From a virus: a stretch of 52,787 nt of DNA. Each line of letters begins with the position of its first letter. Positions within the stretch are counted from its first letter, which is position 1. The DNA is taken from positions 1 through 52,787 of IMG/VR virus record IMGVR_UViG_3300002056_000004; one strand, 5' to 3'. The translations under genes were made by a program, and so were the position numbers. A model generated the notes under the pieces. It had not been told where the DNA came from. It made no database searches and worked only from the letters and a program-made list of their open reading frames with translations. Of the stretch, positions 7,338-15,149 are shown one piece after another.

Positions 7338-7993
7338 GTGCTATCAAAAAAGAGGTTGTTATAGGCGATTGCCGTTTATTGCTTGGTGATTGTTTGGAGA
7401 TCATGCCGGAACTTGGTGAGTTTGATGCAGTTGTGACAGATCCGCCATATGGGATTGGGATAACAAAATCTAATAGACTAGCGGTTTCGCGTGGTATGGG
7501 GGGAAAGAGTTGGGATGAAAAAGCACCAGACTTATCAACTTTACCTAATTGTTTAAAAATTATATGGGGCGGAAATTACTTTGAATTACCGCCAACAAGA
7601 GCTCCTTTAGTTTGGGATAAAAATAACGCAGGTCGTGACTTTGCTGATTTTGAAATGGCGTGGACAAACTTAGATATGGTTGCGCGCCGATTCATCATGC
7701 GTCCAATGAATATGGATGGTGGAAAGGTGCATCCCACTCAAAAACCCGTAGCACTCATGAAATGGTGTATTGGTTTTTTGCCCGAAGCACAAACCATCCT
7801 TGACCCATTCATGGGAAGCGGCACAACAGGCGTTGCGTGTCTCAAGACAGGCCGCAAGTTCACTGGCATTGAGTTAGACTCTGATTACTTTGAAATTGCT
7901 TGCCAGCGCATTCAAGACGCTTACGACCGCCCTGATCTATTCGTTCAATCCGAAAAGCAAAAGCAGGAAATTCAGGAGTCCATGGAACTATGA
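7334..7993 (+). CDS. DNA N6-adenine/N4-cytosine methyltransferase, beta class
   Basis: DPPYG (motif IV) precedes DPFMGSGTTGVA (motif I); HPTQKP is also present. GTG start overlaps the upstream stop. Confidence 0.85.
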   Translation: MSAIKKEVVIGDCRLLLGDCLEIMPELGEFDAVVTDPPYGIGITKSNRLAVSRGMGGKSWDEKAPDLSTLPNCLKIIWGGNYFELPPTRAPLVWDKNNAGRDFADFEMAWTNLDMVARRFIMRPMNMDGGKVHPTQKPVALMKWCIGFLPEAQTILDPFMGSGTTGVACLKTGRKFTGIELDSDYFEIACQRIQDAYDRPDLFVQSEKQKQEIQESMEL

Positions 7994-8154
7994 CCCCTGA
8001 ATATCGTCAAGGCAAAATAGACTACTTAACCCATCGCATAAGCATAATAGAGCAAAGGCTGGTTAAGAGCGATGGCGCGAATATCAACTCACTCAATGAA
8101 GCAAGAAATCAGTTCACTGAAATGCTTCGGGATTACAAAGGGAAACGAAAATGA
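7990..8154 (+). CDS. Small hypothetical protein (54 aa)
   Basis: ATGA overlaps at both ends (7990 and 8151). Below the 60-aa track threshold. [24 protein letters not shown]... Confidence 0.45.
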   Translation: MTPEYRQGKIDYLTHRISIIEQRLVKSDGANINSLNEARNQFTEMLRDYKGKRK

Positions 8155-8456
8155 ACGTGGCAAGAGAACAACTCAAATCAATTGTAGAGCGTATTGAACG
8201 GCTTGAAGAGGAAAAGGCTGCAATAGCTCAAGACATTCGTGATGTGTACACGGAAGCTAAATCAAACGGGTTTGACGTGAAAGTGCTTCGACAGGTCGTG
8301 TCATTGCGCAAGAAAGACCTGACAGAACGGCAAGAAGAGGAGGCGGTTCGTGATTTATACCTGCAAGCTTTGGGTATGCTCCCTGATTTTGAGCCGCAAA
8401 TGGATTTGCAGGATAAGGGCGCTCCGGTCACTGAAAGGGATCTGGTTGAAGCATGA
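8151..8456 (+). CDS. GapR/DUF2312-family nucleoid-associated protein homologue
   Basis: [48 protein letters not shown] matches the UPF0335/DUF2312 pattern, which is typical of alphaproteobacteria and their phages. Confidence 0.75.
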   Translation: MNVAREQLKSIVERIERLEEEKAAIAQDIRDVYTEAKSNGFDVKVLRQVVSLRKKDLTERQEEEAVRDLYLQALGMLPDFEPQMDLQDKGAPVTERDLVEA

Positions 8457-8842
8457 CCCACTCCATCACCTTCCCGTGGCCTAACAGCATATTACTGCCG
8501 AACAAGGCCATGAATGCAAACAGGTTTGTTTTGGCGCGTTATGTGAAGGCTGCAAGGGCTGAGGGCTTCTATGAAACAAGGTCGCAGATTGGCATGCACC
8601 ACGGGCTAAGCGATCCTGTGTCAATTCAATACGAATTTACGCCACCTATGAGGCGCGGAAACGTGCCGGATGATGATGGCATGGTTGGCATGATGAAGCC
8701 TTACAGGGACGGGATAGCGGATGCAATCGGCATTGATGACCGTCATTTCAAAATGGAAAAGCACATAACCCATGAACGCAAAGGCAAGGGGAAAGTTGTT
8801 GTGCATTTGAAATCAATTACAGAGGAAAACCAAGATGCGTGA
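8453..8842 (+). CDS. RusA-family Holliday junction resolvase
   Basis: N-terminal [13 protein letters not shown] and acidic catalytic region [28 protein letters not shown] parallel E. coli RusA. Confidence 0.75.
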   Translation: MTHSITFPWPNSILLPNKAMNANRFVLARYVKAARAEGFYETRSQIGMHHGLSDPVSIQYEFTPPMRRGNVPDDDGMVGMMKPYRDGIADAIGIDDRHFKMEKHITHERKGKGKVVVHLKSITEENQDA

Positions 8843-9311
8843 AATCAAACTAATCATATTGGCGGCTATATTTGCCATAATTGCTTCCATAGGCATTCTG
8901 AATGTTAAGCCGGCCAATGCCAGCCCAGCCGCTTATAATATGGCAAAGAAGTATATCGGCCTTCATGAGCGTAAGAACACCCGAGCGTTGCGAAATTCGC
9001 TTGGGGTAAATCCAAGAAATTTACCGTGGTGCGGCGCCTTTGTTCGGCTTGTCCATAAGCGGATCGGAAAGCCAATCCCAAAAGGGTACCTGGCATCCGT
9101 TAACTGGCGCAATGTTGGGCGCTCTGTGTCTCTCAGGAACGCCCGAAGAGGCGATGTTGTGATTTTGCGGACAAAGGTTGGCAATCACGTTGGCTTCTAT
9201 GCAGGGCGAAACAAAAACGGATCTGTTCGCATCCTTGGGGGAAACCAGTCGAATATGGTCAAGGTTTCCAACTTTCTCGCCTCATCAATTCGCAGCATTA
9301 GAAGAATGTAA
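8835..9311 (+). CDS. Secreted TIGR02594-family (NlpC/P60-CHAP-like) putative peptidoglycan hydrolase
   Basis: Signal peptide/TM at the N-terminus, then YIGLHE..LPWCGAFV..GDVVILR..NHVGFY..LGGNQSNMV, the TIGR02594 signature. Confidence 0.7.
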   Translation: MREIKLIILAAIFAIIASIGILNVKPANASPAAYNMAKKYIGLHERKNTRALRNSLGVNPRNLPWCGAFVRLVHKRIGKPIPKGYLASVNWRNVGRSVSLRNARRGDVVILRTKVGNHVGFYAGRNKNGSVRILGGNQSNMVKVSNFLASSIRSIRRM

Positions 9312-9323
9312 AGGACAAAACCA

Positions 9324-9758
9324 ATGAGCAATAAAATAGACGGCGTAAAGCCATTTGGTGAGTTGAGTTGGAAGCAAAAAGCAAAGCTTTATCGAGCGGC
9401 TCTTGATGGCAAACAAATTGAGTATAGATTTTACAATCATAAAATTTGGTACATTAATGATTCAACACCTGGTTGGCATAGCCTTGCGTGCTACCGCATC
9501 AAGCCAGAAGAAGCACCAGAGCTCATTCCGGACAGCATAGATTGGAGCCATATTGATGATCGGTTTAAGTTCATTTTTAGAGACGAGGGCGCTAATCCTG
9601 CCGTATATGCCAGCACCAAAAGGCCAAATCCAATACACAACGTGGGATTATGGCAGCCAAGTCTAGGCACGGAATTTGTTCGAATTGACAATTTTCTGAC
9701 GTCTTACAAACGCGGTACAGTTGACTGGAAAGACAGTCTTGTAGAGAGGCCGGAATGA
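9324..9758 (+). CDS. Hypothetical protein
   Basis: 144-aa ORF, the second-to-last gene of the early-right block. No recognisable motif. Confidence 0.55.
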   Translation: MSNKIDGVKPFGELSWKQKAKLYRAALDGKQIEYRFYNHKIWYINDSTPGWHSLACYRIKPEEAPELIPDSIDWSHIDDRFKFIFRDEGANPAVYASTKRPNPIHNVGLWQPSLGTEFVRIDNFLTSYKRGTVDWKDSLVERPE

Positions 9759-9958
9759 TGAAGTTATCACAAGCACACCCTAGAATTTGGTATCTTGCAA
9801 AGTGGATAGAATTTTTTCTGTTTTGTTTTTTCATCTTGCCCTTTGTACTTATTTTTGTGGATTCTGTAATTTGGGGACAGTTCGATTTTGGTGAAGCGAC
9901 CTCATATTCTAGGGGTGTTTTTGTAGGCGCGCTTTTCTACAAGGTATTTTCAGAATAG
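9755..9958 (+). CDS. Small membrane protein
   Basis: 67 aa with ATGA overlap to the upstream gene and two hydrophobic segments (FFLFCFFILPFVLIFV, GVFVGALFY). Confidence 0.5.
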   Translation: MMKLSQAHPRIWYLAKWIEFFLFCFFILPFVLIFVDSVIWGQFDFGEATSYSRGVFVGALFYKVFSE

Positions 9959-10213
9959 CGGAATGGCAACACAAGGTAAGGCCAAAAATAGCTAAGGGTT
10001 CGGTGATTCTTTTTTGCAAATCATCTTTATTTTTTGTATTATTATCATGTAATCGCGTGGCATGGATTAAACAGTTAATATCACTGCGACCTAAGACCTG
10101 ACAACAGGCTGGCGGGGTTGATCACCCGCTATAGTAATTACCCATCGTTTGCGTGTCATTCGATCCATGATTTAATTCATGCGGAAAGCTAACAAATAAA
10201 GGTAATTATCCCC

Positions 10214-10242
10214 TTGACATACGTAAGCTAATTTCCTATATT
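10214..10242 (+). promoter_or_regulatory. Transposase promoter overlapping the left IR
   Basis: TTGACA (10214-10219), 17 nt, TATATT (10237-10242), then AGGAGA SD before ATG 10265. Confidence 0.6.
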
Positions 10243-10264
10243 TTAGGCATAGGAGATAGCAACA

Positions 10265-11128
10265 ATGAAACCTGCAAACGTTCGTCAATTCTTTCAACAG
10301 TTCCCTACAGATGAGATATGCCTAGAACACCTTTTCAAGGTTCGTTTTGGTCAAGGTCATACCTGTTCAAAGTGCAAGAAAAAGTCGAACTGGTATCGTA
10401 TTCAGGCTGAACAAGCTTTCTCTTGCCAGTGGTGCGGTCACCACCTTCACCCTATGGTTGGCACTATCTTTGAAAAGAGTTCAACACCGCTTCAATTGTG
10501 GTTCTTTGCTATATTCCTATTCACCACCACCCGTAATGGCGTATCTGCCAAGGAATTGGAGCGCCAGCTAGGTGTTACCTATAAGACTGCATGGCGCATG
10601 GGTCACAAAATACGCGAACACATAGCGGCAGTCGATGGTGACGATATGCTTGGTGGTGTTGTAGAAGTCGATGAAACGTTTGTCGGTGGTTACAAAAAAG
10701 GCGGTCAAGGTGGTAAGGGTAAGGACGTTGTTCTTGGTATGGCTGAAAAGGGTGGCGATATCGTTACCGAAGTCGTTACAGGTAGAACTTCGAAAGACCT
10801 TATCCCTCACATTGTTGACCATGTAGAACTTGGTTCGGAAGTACATACTGACGAACACCGCTCCTATCTTATCCTAAGTGAAACTGATGATTACGAACAC
10901 AAGTCAGTTGACCACTCCAAAAAGCAATATGTTGGCGCTACAGGCGAAACAACAAACATGATTGAAGGTTTCTTCTCACAATTGAAAAGAACAATTGGTG
11001 GCACTCATATTTGGGTATCTGGCAAGTATCTTGCAAACTATGCCAAGGAATGCGAATACCGCTTTAATCGTCGGAAGTCGCCAGCTTCGATGTTGCCTGA
11101 GTTGTTGACGACTTTTCCGAAGCCTTAA
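10265..11128 (+). CDS. IS1595-family (ISXO2-like) DDE transposase
   Basis: Zn-ribbon CSKCKK..CQWCGH. DDE core VEVDETFVGG / VHTDEHRSY / NMIEGFFSQLKR. Confidence 0.88.
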   Translation: MKPANVRQFFQQFPTDEICLEHLFKVRFGQGHTCSKCKKKSNWYRIQAEQAFSCQWCGHHLHPMVGTIFEKSSTPLQLWFFAIFLFTTTRNGVSAKELERQLGVTYKTAWRMGHKIREHIAAVDGDDMLGGVVEVDETFVGGYKKGGQGGKGKDVVLGMAEKGGDIVTEVVTGRTSKDLIPHIVDHVELGSEVHTDEHRSYLILSETDDYEHKSVDHSKKQYVGATGETTNMIEGFFSQLKRTIGGTHIWVSGKYLANYAKECEYRFNRRKSPASMLPELLTTFPKP

Positions 11129-11221
11129 TCACAAAATCAATCGCATCGGTATCGCCAGTTAATTGCTGGCGATCCTTGATGAACTTATCGAGTTGTCCTG
11201 AATTTCTAGCTTGATTTAGGT

Positions 11222-11587
11222 TCATTTTTTTGCCGCATCCGCCTCTAATATTTTAAGTATTCTTTCTAATTGCTCTGCATTTTTTTCTGAACGCACAGTT
11301 AATCCTGAGGCAGACAACCCTCCATCAAACCTATCACCCGCAAACGACATTACAGCAATCATTATTCCCAGTATTGCTACAGTACTTGTCACCCCTGTTC
11401 CAATAATTAGCCAAAAGTTCTGACCTTTCATTTCGGCTAACTCTTTAGCAATTTGAGATTCAGCGGTTATCATCGAGTTTTGAACATCCTTTCTTACCAA
11501 TTCTAGACAAGCATCAAGCTCTCGTCCAGTTACGTAGTCTGAATTATTCATATTTTCGACGATTGGTTCAGAACTGGTATCAGTCAC
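11222..11587 (-). CDS. IS passenger gene 2: coiled-coil protein with one TM helix (XhlA-like topology)
   Basis: 121 aa. N-terminal helical region, TM segment FWLIIGTGVTSTVAILGIMIAVMSF, short charged tail. Overlaps passenger gene 1 by 8 nt. Confidence 0.6.
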   Translation of the reverse strand: MTDTSSEPIVENMNNSDYVTGRELDACLELVRKDVQNSMITAESQIAKELAEMKGQNFWLIIGTGVTSTVAILGIMIAVMSFAGDRFDGGLSASGLTVRSEKNAEQLERILKILEADAAKK

Positions 11588-11897
11588 GGGTACGTTTCCC
11601 CCGTTTAGTTGTGTACCCTAGCGCATGCATTGAAAATTGGTCAATCTTACCACAACTTCTGCACTCAACAAAAATTAAGGGAGTAACTTTATTATTAACA
11701 TGATAGTCTTGAGGTATGCTAAATGTAACCCCTGTATAGGGTATAGGATGAATAAAATGCTCCCCTGATTGGCCACACCATTTACATTCTTTGTTGCCAT
11801 TTGGAAACAGCTGTTTCTGCATCGACTTAATAATAGACTCAGAAAGTTTTAGAGGATTTTCGCCACTCAAGTCTGGCACTTTTAATTCTTTAACCAA
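11580..11897 (-). CDS. IS passenger gene 1: small zinc-ribbon protein
   Basis: 105 aa. TTG start 5 nt after GGGAGA. Two CxxC pairs (CKWCGQ .. CRSCGK) and a basic C-terminus. Confidence 0.55.
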   Translation of the reverse strand: MVKELKVPDLSGENPLKLSESIIKSMQKQLFPNGNKECKWCGQSGEHFIHPIPYTGVTFSIPQDYHVNNKVTPLIFVECRSCGKIDQFSMHALGYTTKRGKRTRD

Positions 11898-12288
11898 TTC
11901 GATCTCCCAGGTATTTGAAAGTATTTATGAATTGAATCGTGCGTTGCGTCAACTACCTATGCCAAGGGGATAATTACCCAAATAAACAAAAAGGCTTCCA
12001 ATACTCCTTCGCTGAGTTGGCAATGTTGTTCTGCGAAGTTCTGTAATGATTTTGGGGAATCTTCGCCCTGATTATCTAGTCCTGTTAATTCAGGCGCATT
12101 GAGCCAACCGACTCGCTAACCAAGCCCCGTCATTCCTTACCAGAGTGGCGGGGTTATTCATTACAAGGGATGCACGGGAAATAGCTTCAACAAAAACAAT
12201 CGTGGGTTTTGCATAAATCGTTTCGCTTACGTAACAATTCTGATATAAACATATATGCATATTCGTTTTCTCAAAACTGCGAGGCGTT

Positions 12289-12627
12289 ATGAGTAAACCC
12301 AAAATCATGAAAAAGAAAACATGCTCAAATGTAAAAATACCACCTGGCGGATTTCAAACGCCTTGCCAAACAGCGCGATTTCACTACGGACAGGGTAAAA
12401 GCCCTGAGGATATTGCAAGATTGCTTGAAGAGCCTGTGTCTCGCATTGAGGCTTGTCTGGAGTGCAAGCCATCCATCAAATACTCCAAGGTCAACACAGA
12501 AGCATTAAGCAGGGATATGACACTCAATGAACTGGTTGATGATATCCTCTACATACTAAACGACGATCCTAGCCTGATTGACGCCATACTGGATGATTGT
12601 GAAGGAAGCGATTCAAAGGTCTGGTGA
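12289..12627 (+). CDS. Small HTH protein, candidate late-gene regulator
   Basis: 112 aa. GKSPEDIARLLEEPVSRIEACL resembles a sigma-region-4/LuxR-like HTH. Acidic C-terminus. Lies immediately upstream of the putative late promoter. Confidence 0.5.
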   Translation: MSKPKIMKKKTCSNVKIPPGGFQTPCQTARFHYGQGKSPEDIARLLEEPVSRIEACLECKPSIKYSKVNTEALSRDMTLNELVDDILYILNDDPSLIDAILDDCEGSDSKVW

Positions 12628-12656
12628 TTACAATTTCACGTGAAACTTTGTATGCT
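12628..12656 (+). promoter_or_regulatory. Candidate late promoter with a 12-bp perfect palindrome in the spacer
   Basis: TTACAA (12628-12633), 17 nt, TATGCT (12651-12656). The spacer begins with TTTCACGTGAAA (12634-12645). Confidence 0.45.
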
Positions 12657-12805
12657 TAGTTATTGAGAATTAGTCTTTTCCCAAAGTTTCCGAAGTCTCT
12701 TATTGTTTCCCAATGTTCCCCACTGTTTACCAGTGTTTTTTATTAAAAAAACGTGTTTATTTGCTTGTAAAGTAAACAGCGATATGTGACTATTGCACTG
12801 TATTC

Positions 12806-12900
12806 GGATGGGTTCGAGACGGCAATCTCTAGCCCATCCTAAACAACAACCAGGGTATAGCTGGCGTTGTCTAACTGGTTTTAACACCAGTTGGCCGCCA
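12806..12900 (+). promoter_or_regulatory. Structured leader RNA upstream of the first late gene
   Basis: Hairpin GGATGGG..GAGAcggcaaTCTC..CCCATCC (12806-12839). Hairpin AACTGGTtttaacACCAGTT (12873-12892) enclosed by TGGCG/CGCCA (12862-12900). Preceded by a row of five GTTTCC-like boxes (12684-12740). Confidence 0.4.
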
Positions 12901-12925
12901 TTGTCACCCCTAAAAGGAGGCTATA

Positions 12926-13681
12926 ATGGCTTTAAAAAAATCAGAACCAGAATTGAAAATTGATGCGCTTAAGCGTGGTCGCGTAACTGTCAAGCTTATT
13001 GGTGAGACACCATTTTACTACAACGCAATGTCTGTAAAGGCAAAGCGGGACTTGCTAATTGGGGCAGGTCGAAAAACGGCTGCACAAAAAAAGGAGATCA
13101 AACACAATCCGGAACAAGAGTTCAGGGATAGCGTTTACAAGATAAAGGGCGATGAAACATTACTCGGATTCCCTGCGGCTGGCGTAAAGGGCGCAATGGC
13201 AACGGCTGCTCTTGAAACGCCGGGAGTAACCAAAACTTCCGTTCAACGATTGATATTCATTCCTCATGAACGAATCAGGGTTTGGGGCAAGCCATATCTC
13301 AAAATGGACGTGGTTCGTTCTGCGGATATGAATAAGACGCCAGACATTCGCACACGCGCTTACTTGCCGAATTGGTGTGCCGAGGTTGATATCGCTTTCG
13401 TCACTCCATCACTGTCAGTTCACAGTGTCATTTCATTGCTGACAAATGCAGGGATGATATCAGGGCTTGGTGATTTCCGTCAGGAAAAGGGCAAAGGTTC
13501 AAACGGTTGCTTCAGCGTTCATGGTGATGATTTGGGCGATATGCAACCGATTTGGGATGATATCGTCTCTCAAGGCCGCGAGGTTCAACAATTAGCCATG
13601 GATAATCCAGAGTGCTATGATGATGATACTCGGGAGCTAATGACCTTGATGAATGAAGAACGCATCAAACGTGCGGCATAG
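12926..13681 (+). CDS. Hypothetical protein (251 aa), first gene after the late leader
   Basis: Strong SD AAAAGGAGG. No family recognised. Notable strings are LLGFPAAGVKGAMATAA and the Gly-rich GLGDFRQEKGKGSNGCFSV. Confidence 0.65.
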   Translation: MALKKSEPELKIDALKRGRVTVKLIGETPFYYNAMSVKAKRDLLIGAGRKTAAQKKEIKHNPEQEFRDSVYKIKGDETLLGFPAAGVKGAMATAALETPGVTKTSVQRLIFIPHERIRVWGKPYLKMDVVRSADMNKTPDIRTRAYLPNWCAEVDIAFVTPSLSVHSVISLLTNAGMISGLGDFRQEKGKGSNGCFSVHGDDLGDMQPIWDDIVSQGREVQQLAMDNPECYDDDTRELMTLMNEERIKRAA

Positions 13682-13692
13682 GAGATATTCAA

Positions 13693-14196
13693 ATGGCTTT
13701 TACAAAAGACACAAGACAGAGAATCATCAATGAATATCTAAACGACACTGGCAGGAATATGTATATACCTGCCGATTTTGTTGAATATATTCAGGAACGG
13801 CCGGAACATGAGGCTTATGCGTTTATTTTTGGCAAAACCGACAAGGAGGCCGCTCACCAATACCGAGTTGATTTGGCGAGAGACTTCGCAAGGGGATTGC
13901 GCATCAAGGTTGAGGTTCAGGAAACCAAATCAAAGGTTTCTAGCGTAAAGGTTAGGGAATACCCTTCATTTATCTCACCAGTGGAAAACAGGCGGGAAGG
14001 CGGGGGCTATCAAGCCTTTGATCCAAATTCGCCTGAAATGCGGGCTGAGTTAATGCGTCAAGGGATTACGTCTTTAACCGCATGGATTGAACGCTTTGGC
14101 GATACTTTCGAAACAGAAGGCATTCAGATAGGCGGCATTCGAAAAGTTGAGATGGAAGCAAGGCGGGTTACATTCCCCAAACAGATTGCAAGCTAA
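13693..14196 (+). CDS. Hypothetical protein (167 aa), last gene before the cos-like region
   Basis: ORF with SD GGAGA. No motif recognised. Confidence 0.6.
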   Translation: MAFTKDTRQRIINEYLNDTGRNMYIPADFVEYIQERPEHEAYAFIFGKTDKEAAHQYRVDLARDFARGLRIKVEVQETKSKVSSVKVREYPSFISPVENRREGGGYQAFDPNSPEMRAELMRQGITSLTAWIERFGDTFETEGIQIGGIRKVEMEARRVTFPKQIAS

Positions 14197-14274
14197 ATCC
14201 TTTAGGTGGTTATCGCGCCATTGATTATAAGGTGGCATTCGCAGGTTGAAAGGCTTGCGGGTGCTGGTCAAGGT

Positions 14275-14439
14275 AAGGCGGTCAAGTTACTTCATGCTAT
14301 GTTTCGTTAAGTTAAGTTAAGGCGGTTACGTCAAGGCGGTCGTGGTTCGTTTGGTTCTGTTAGGTTCAGTTTGGTCAAGTTTAGGCGGTCAAGTTGTGTT
14401 CCGTTTTGTTGGTTTCAGTTCGGTTTAGGCGGTCGAGTC
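14275..14439. repeat. cosB-like array of terminase-binding repeats upstream of the Nu1-like gene
   Basis: Five same-strand copies of A(A/T)AGGCGGT(C/T) at 14275-14288, 14319-14332, 14333-14347, 14383-14395 and 14427-14439. About 10-bp phased GGTT tracts lie between them. The 500-bp gap has no credible ORF. Confidence 0.55.
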
Positions 14440-14708
14440 ATGGTTGGATCTGGTTTGGAACGCGGTTAACATACAAATCTGGAAGGTGGTTAAGCTTAAA
14501 ATAGCAAAAGCCGCCTTCCGCCAGCTCTAAATCAAAAAACATTTTCAAAAAAATTAGGTTCTGTGCCTGGGTACTGGGTATTTTACGGGTAGCTGCAGAA
14601 TTGTTTAGGTTTTCTCTGTCCAAAAATTTTGGTTCACACAGCGATATTTGCTACAACTCTGGCAATATTAACCGCAAAAGTGCTGAATGGCTCTTGTGAG
14701 GCTTTAAA

Positions 14709-15149
14709 TTGGCAAAAAACAACATAAGAAATCTTTTGTATATGACTGCTCGTCAGGCAGAAGAGGTTTTTGGCTTGCACCATACGACTATGAAGGGTCG
14801 TGACTGTGAGGTTACTCGGATTGATGATGCGGATAATTACCTTGTGGCCGATGTTTTGGATAAGTGTTTTGACCTAATTGCTGAAAAGCGCAGTGATGCG
14901 GCTGTTGATTTGAAGGCTGAAAAGACAGCGCAGGAAATCCGAAAGTTAAAAATCGAAAACGATATGAAGGAAGGCGTACTTGTTCTGGCGGCTGATGTTG
15001 AAGAAGGTTATTTGAGGCGGGCGCGTGAGGTTGTTGATGTTCTCGATACTATGCTCATGGAAATAAAAAAGCGTGATCCGGATATTCCGCAATCAACCCT
15101 TGATACTGTGAACATAGTTATGACTGAGGTTCGCAACCGTGCTTTCTGA
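14709..15149 (+). CDS. Terminase small subunit (Nu1-like)
   Basis: Sits directly before the gpA-like large subunit. N-terminal HTH-like TARQAEEVFGLHHTTMKG, then a coiled coil as in lambda Nu1. TTG start at 14709 or ATG at 14742. Confidence 0.6.
   Translation: MAKNNIRNLLYMTARQAEEVFGLHHTTMKGRDCEVTRIDDADNYLVADVLDKCFDLIAEKRSDAAVDLKAEKTAQEIRKLKIENDMKEGVLVLAADVEEGYLRRAREVVDVLDTMLMEIKKRDPDIPQSTLDTVNIVMTEVRNRAF

Larger units (their letters stand above)
10201..11978 (+). mobile_element. IS1595-family insertion sequence with a two-gene passenger cassette
   Basis: 25-bp imperfect IRs: GGTAATTATCCCCTTGACATACGTA (10201-10225) versus the reverse complement of 11954-11978, GGTAATTATCCCCTTGGCATAGGTA. They are flanked by the 8-bp direct repeat CAAATAAA (10193-10200 and 11979-11986). 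Confidence 0.85.

Noticed and set aside
12090-12308. 72-aa minus-strand ORF upstream of the HTH gene
   Set aside because: It has no SD, is antisense to the following gene start, and lies in the non-coding early/late boundary.
12660-12887. 75-aa minus-strand ORF inside the late leader
   Set aside because: It is opposite to all flanking transcription, has no SD, and spans the repeated boxes and hairpins. It is likely non-coding.
14438-14623. 61-aa minus-strand ORF in the cos-like region
   Set aside because: It is isolated and antisense with no SD, and it overlaps the repeat array.
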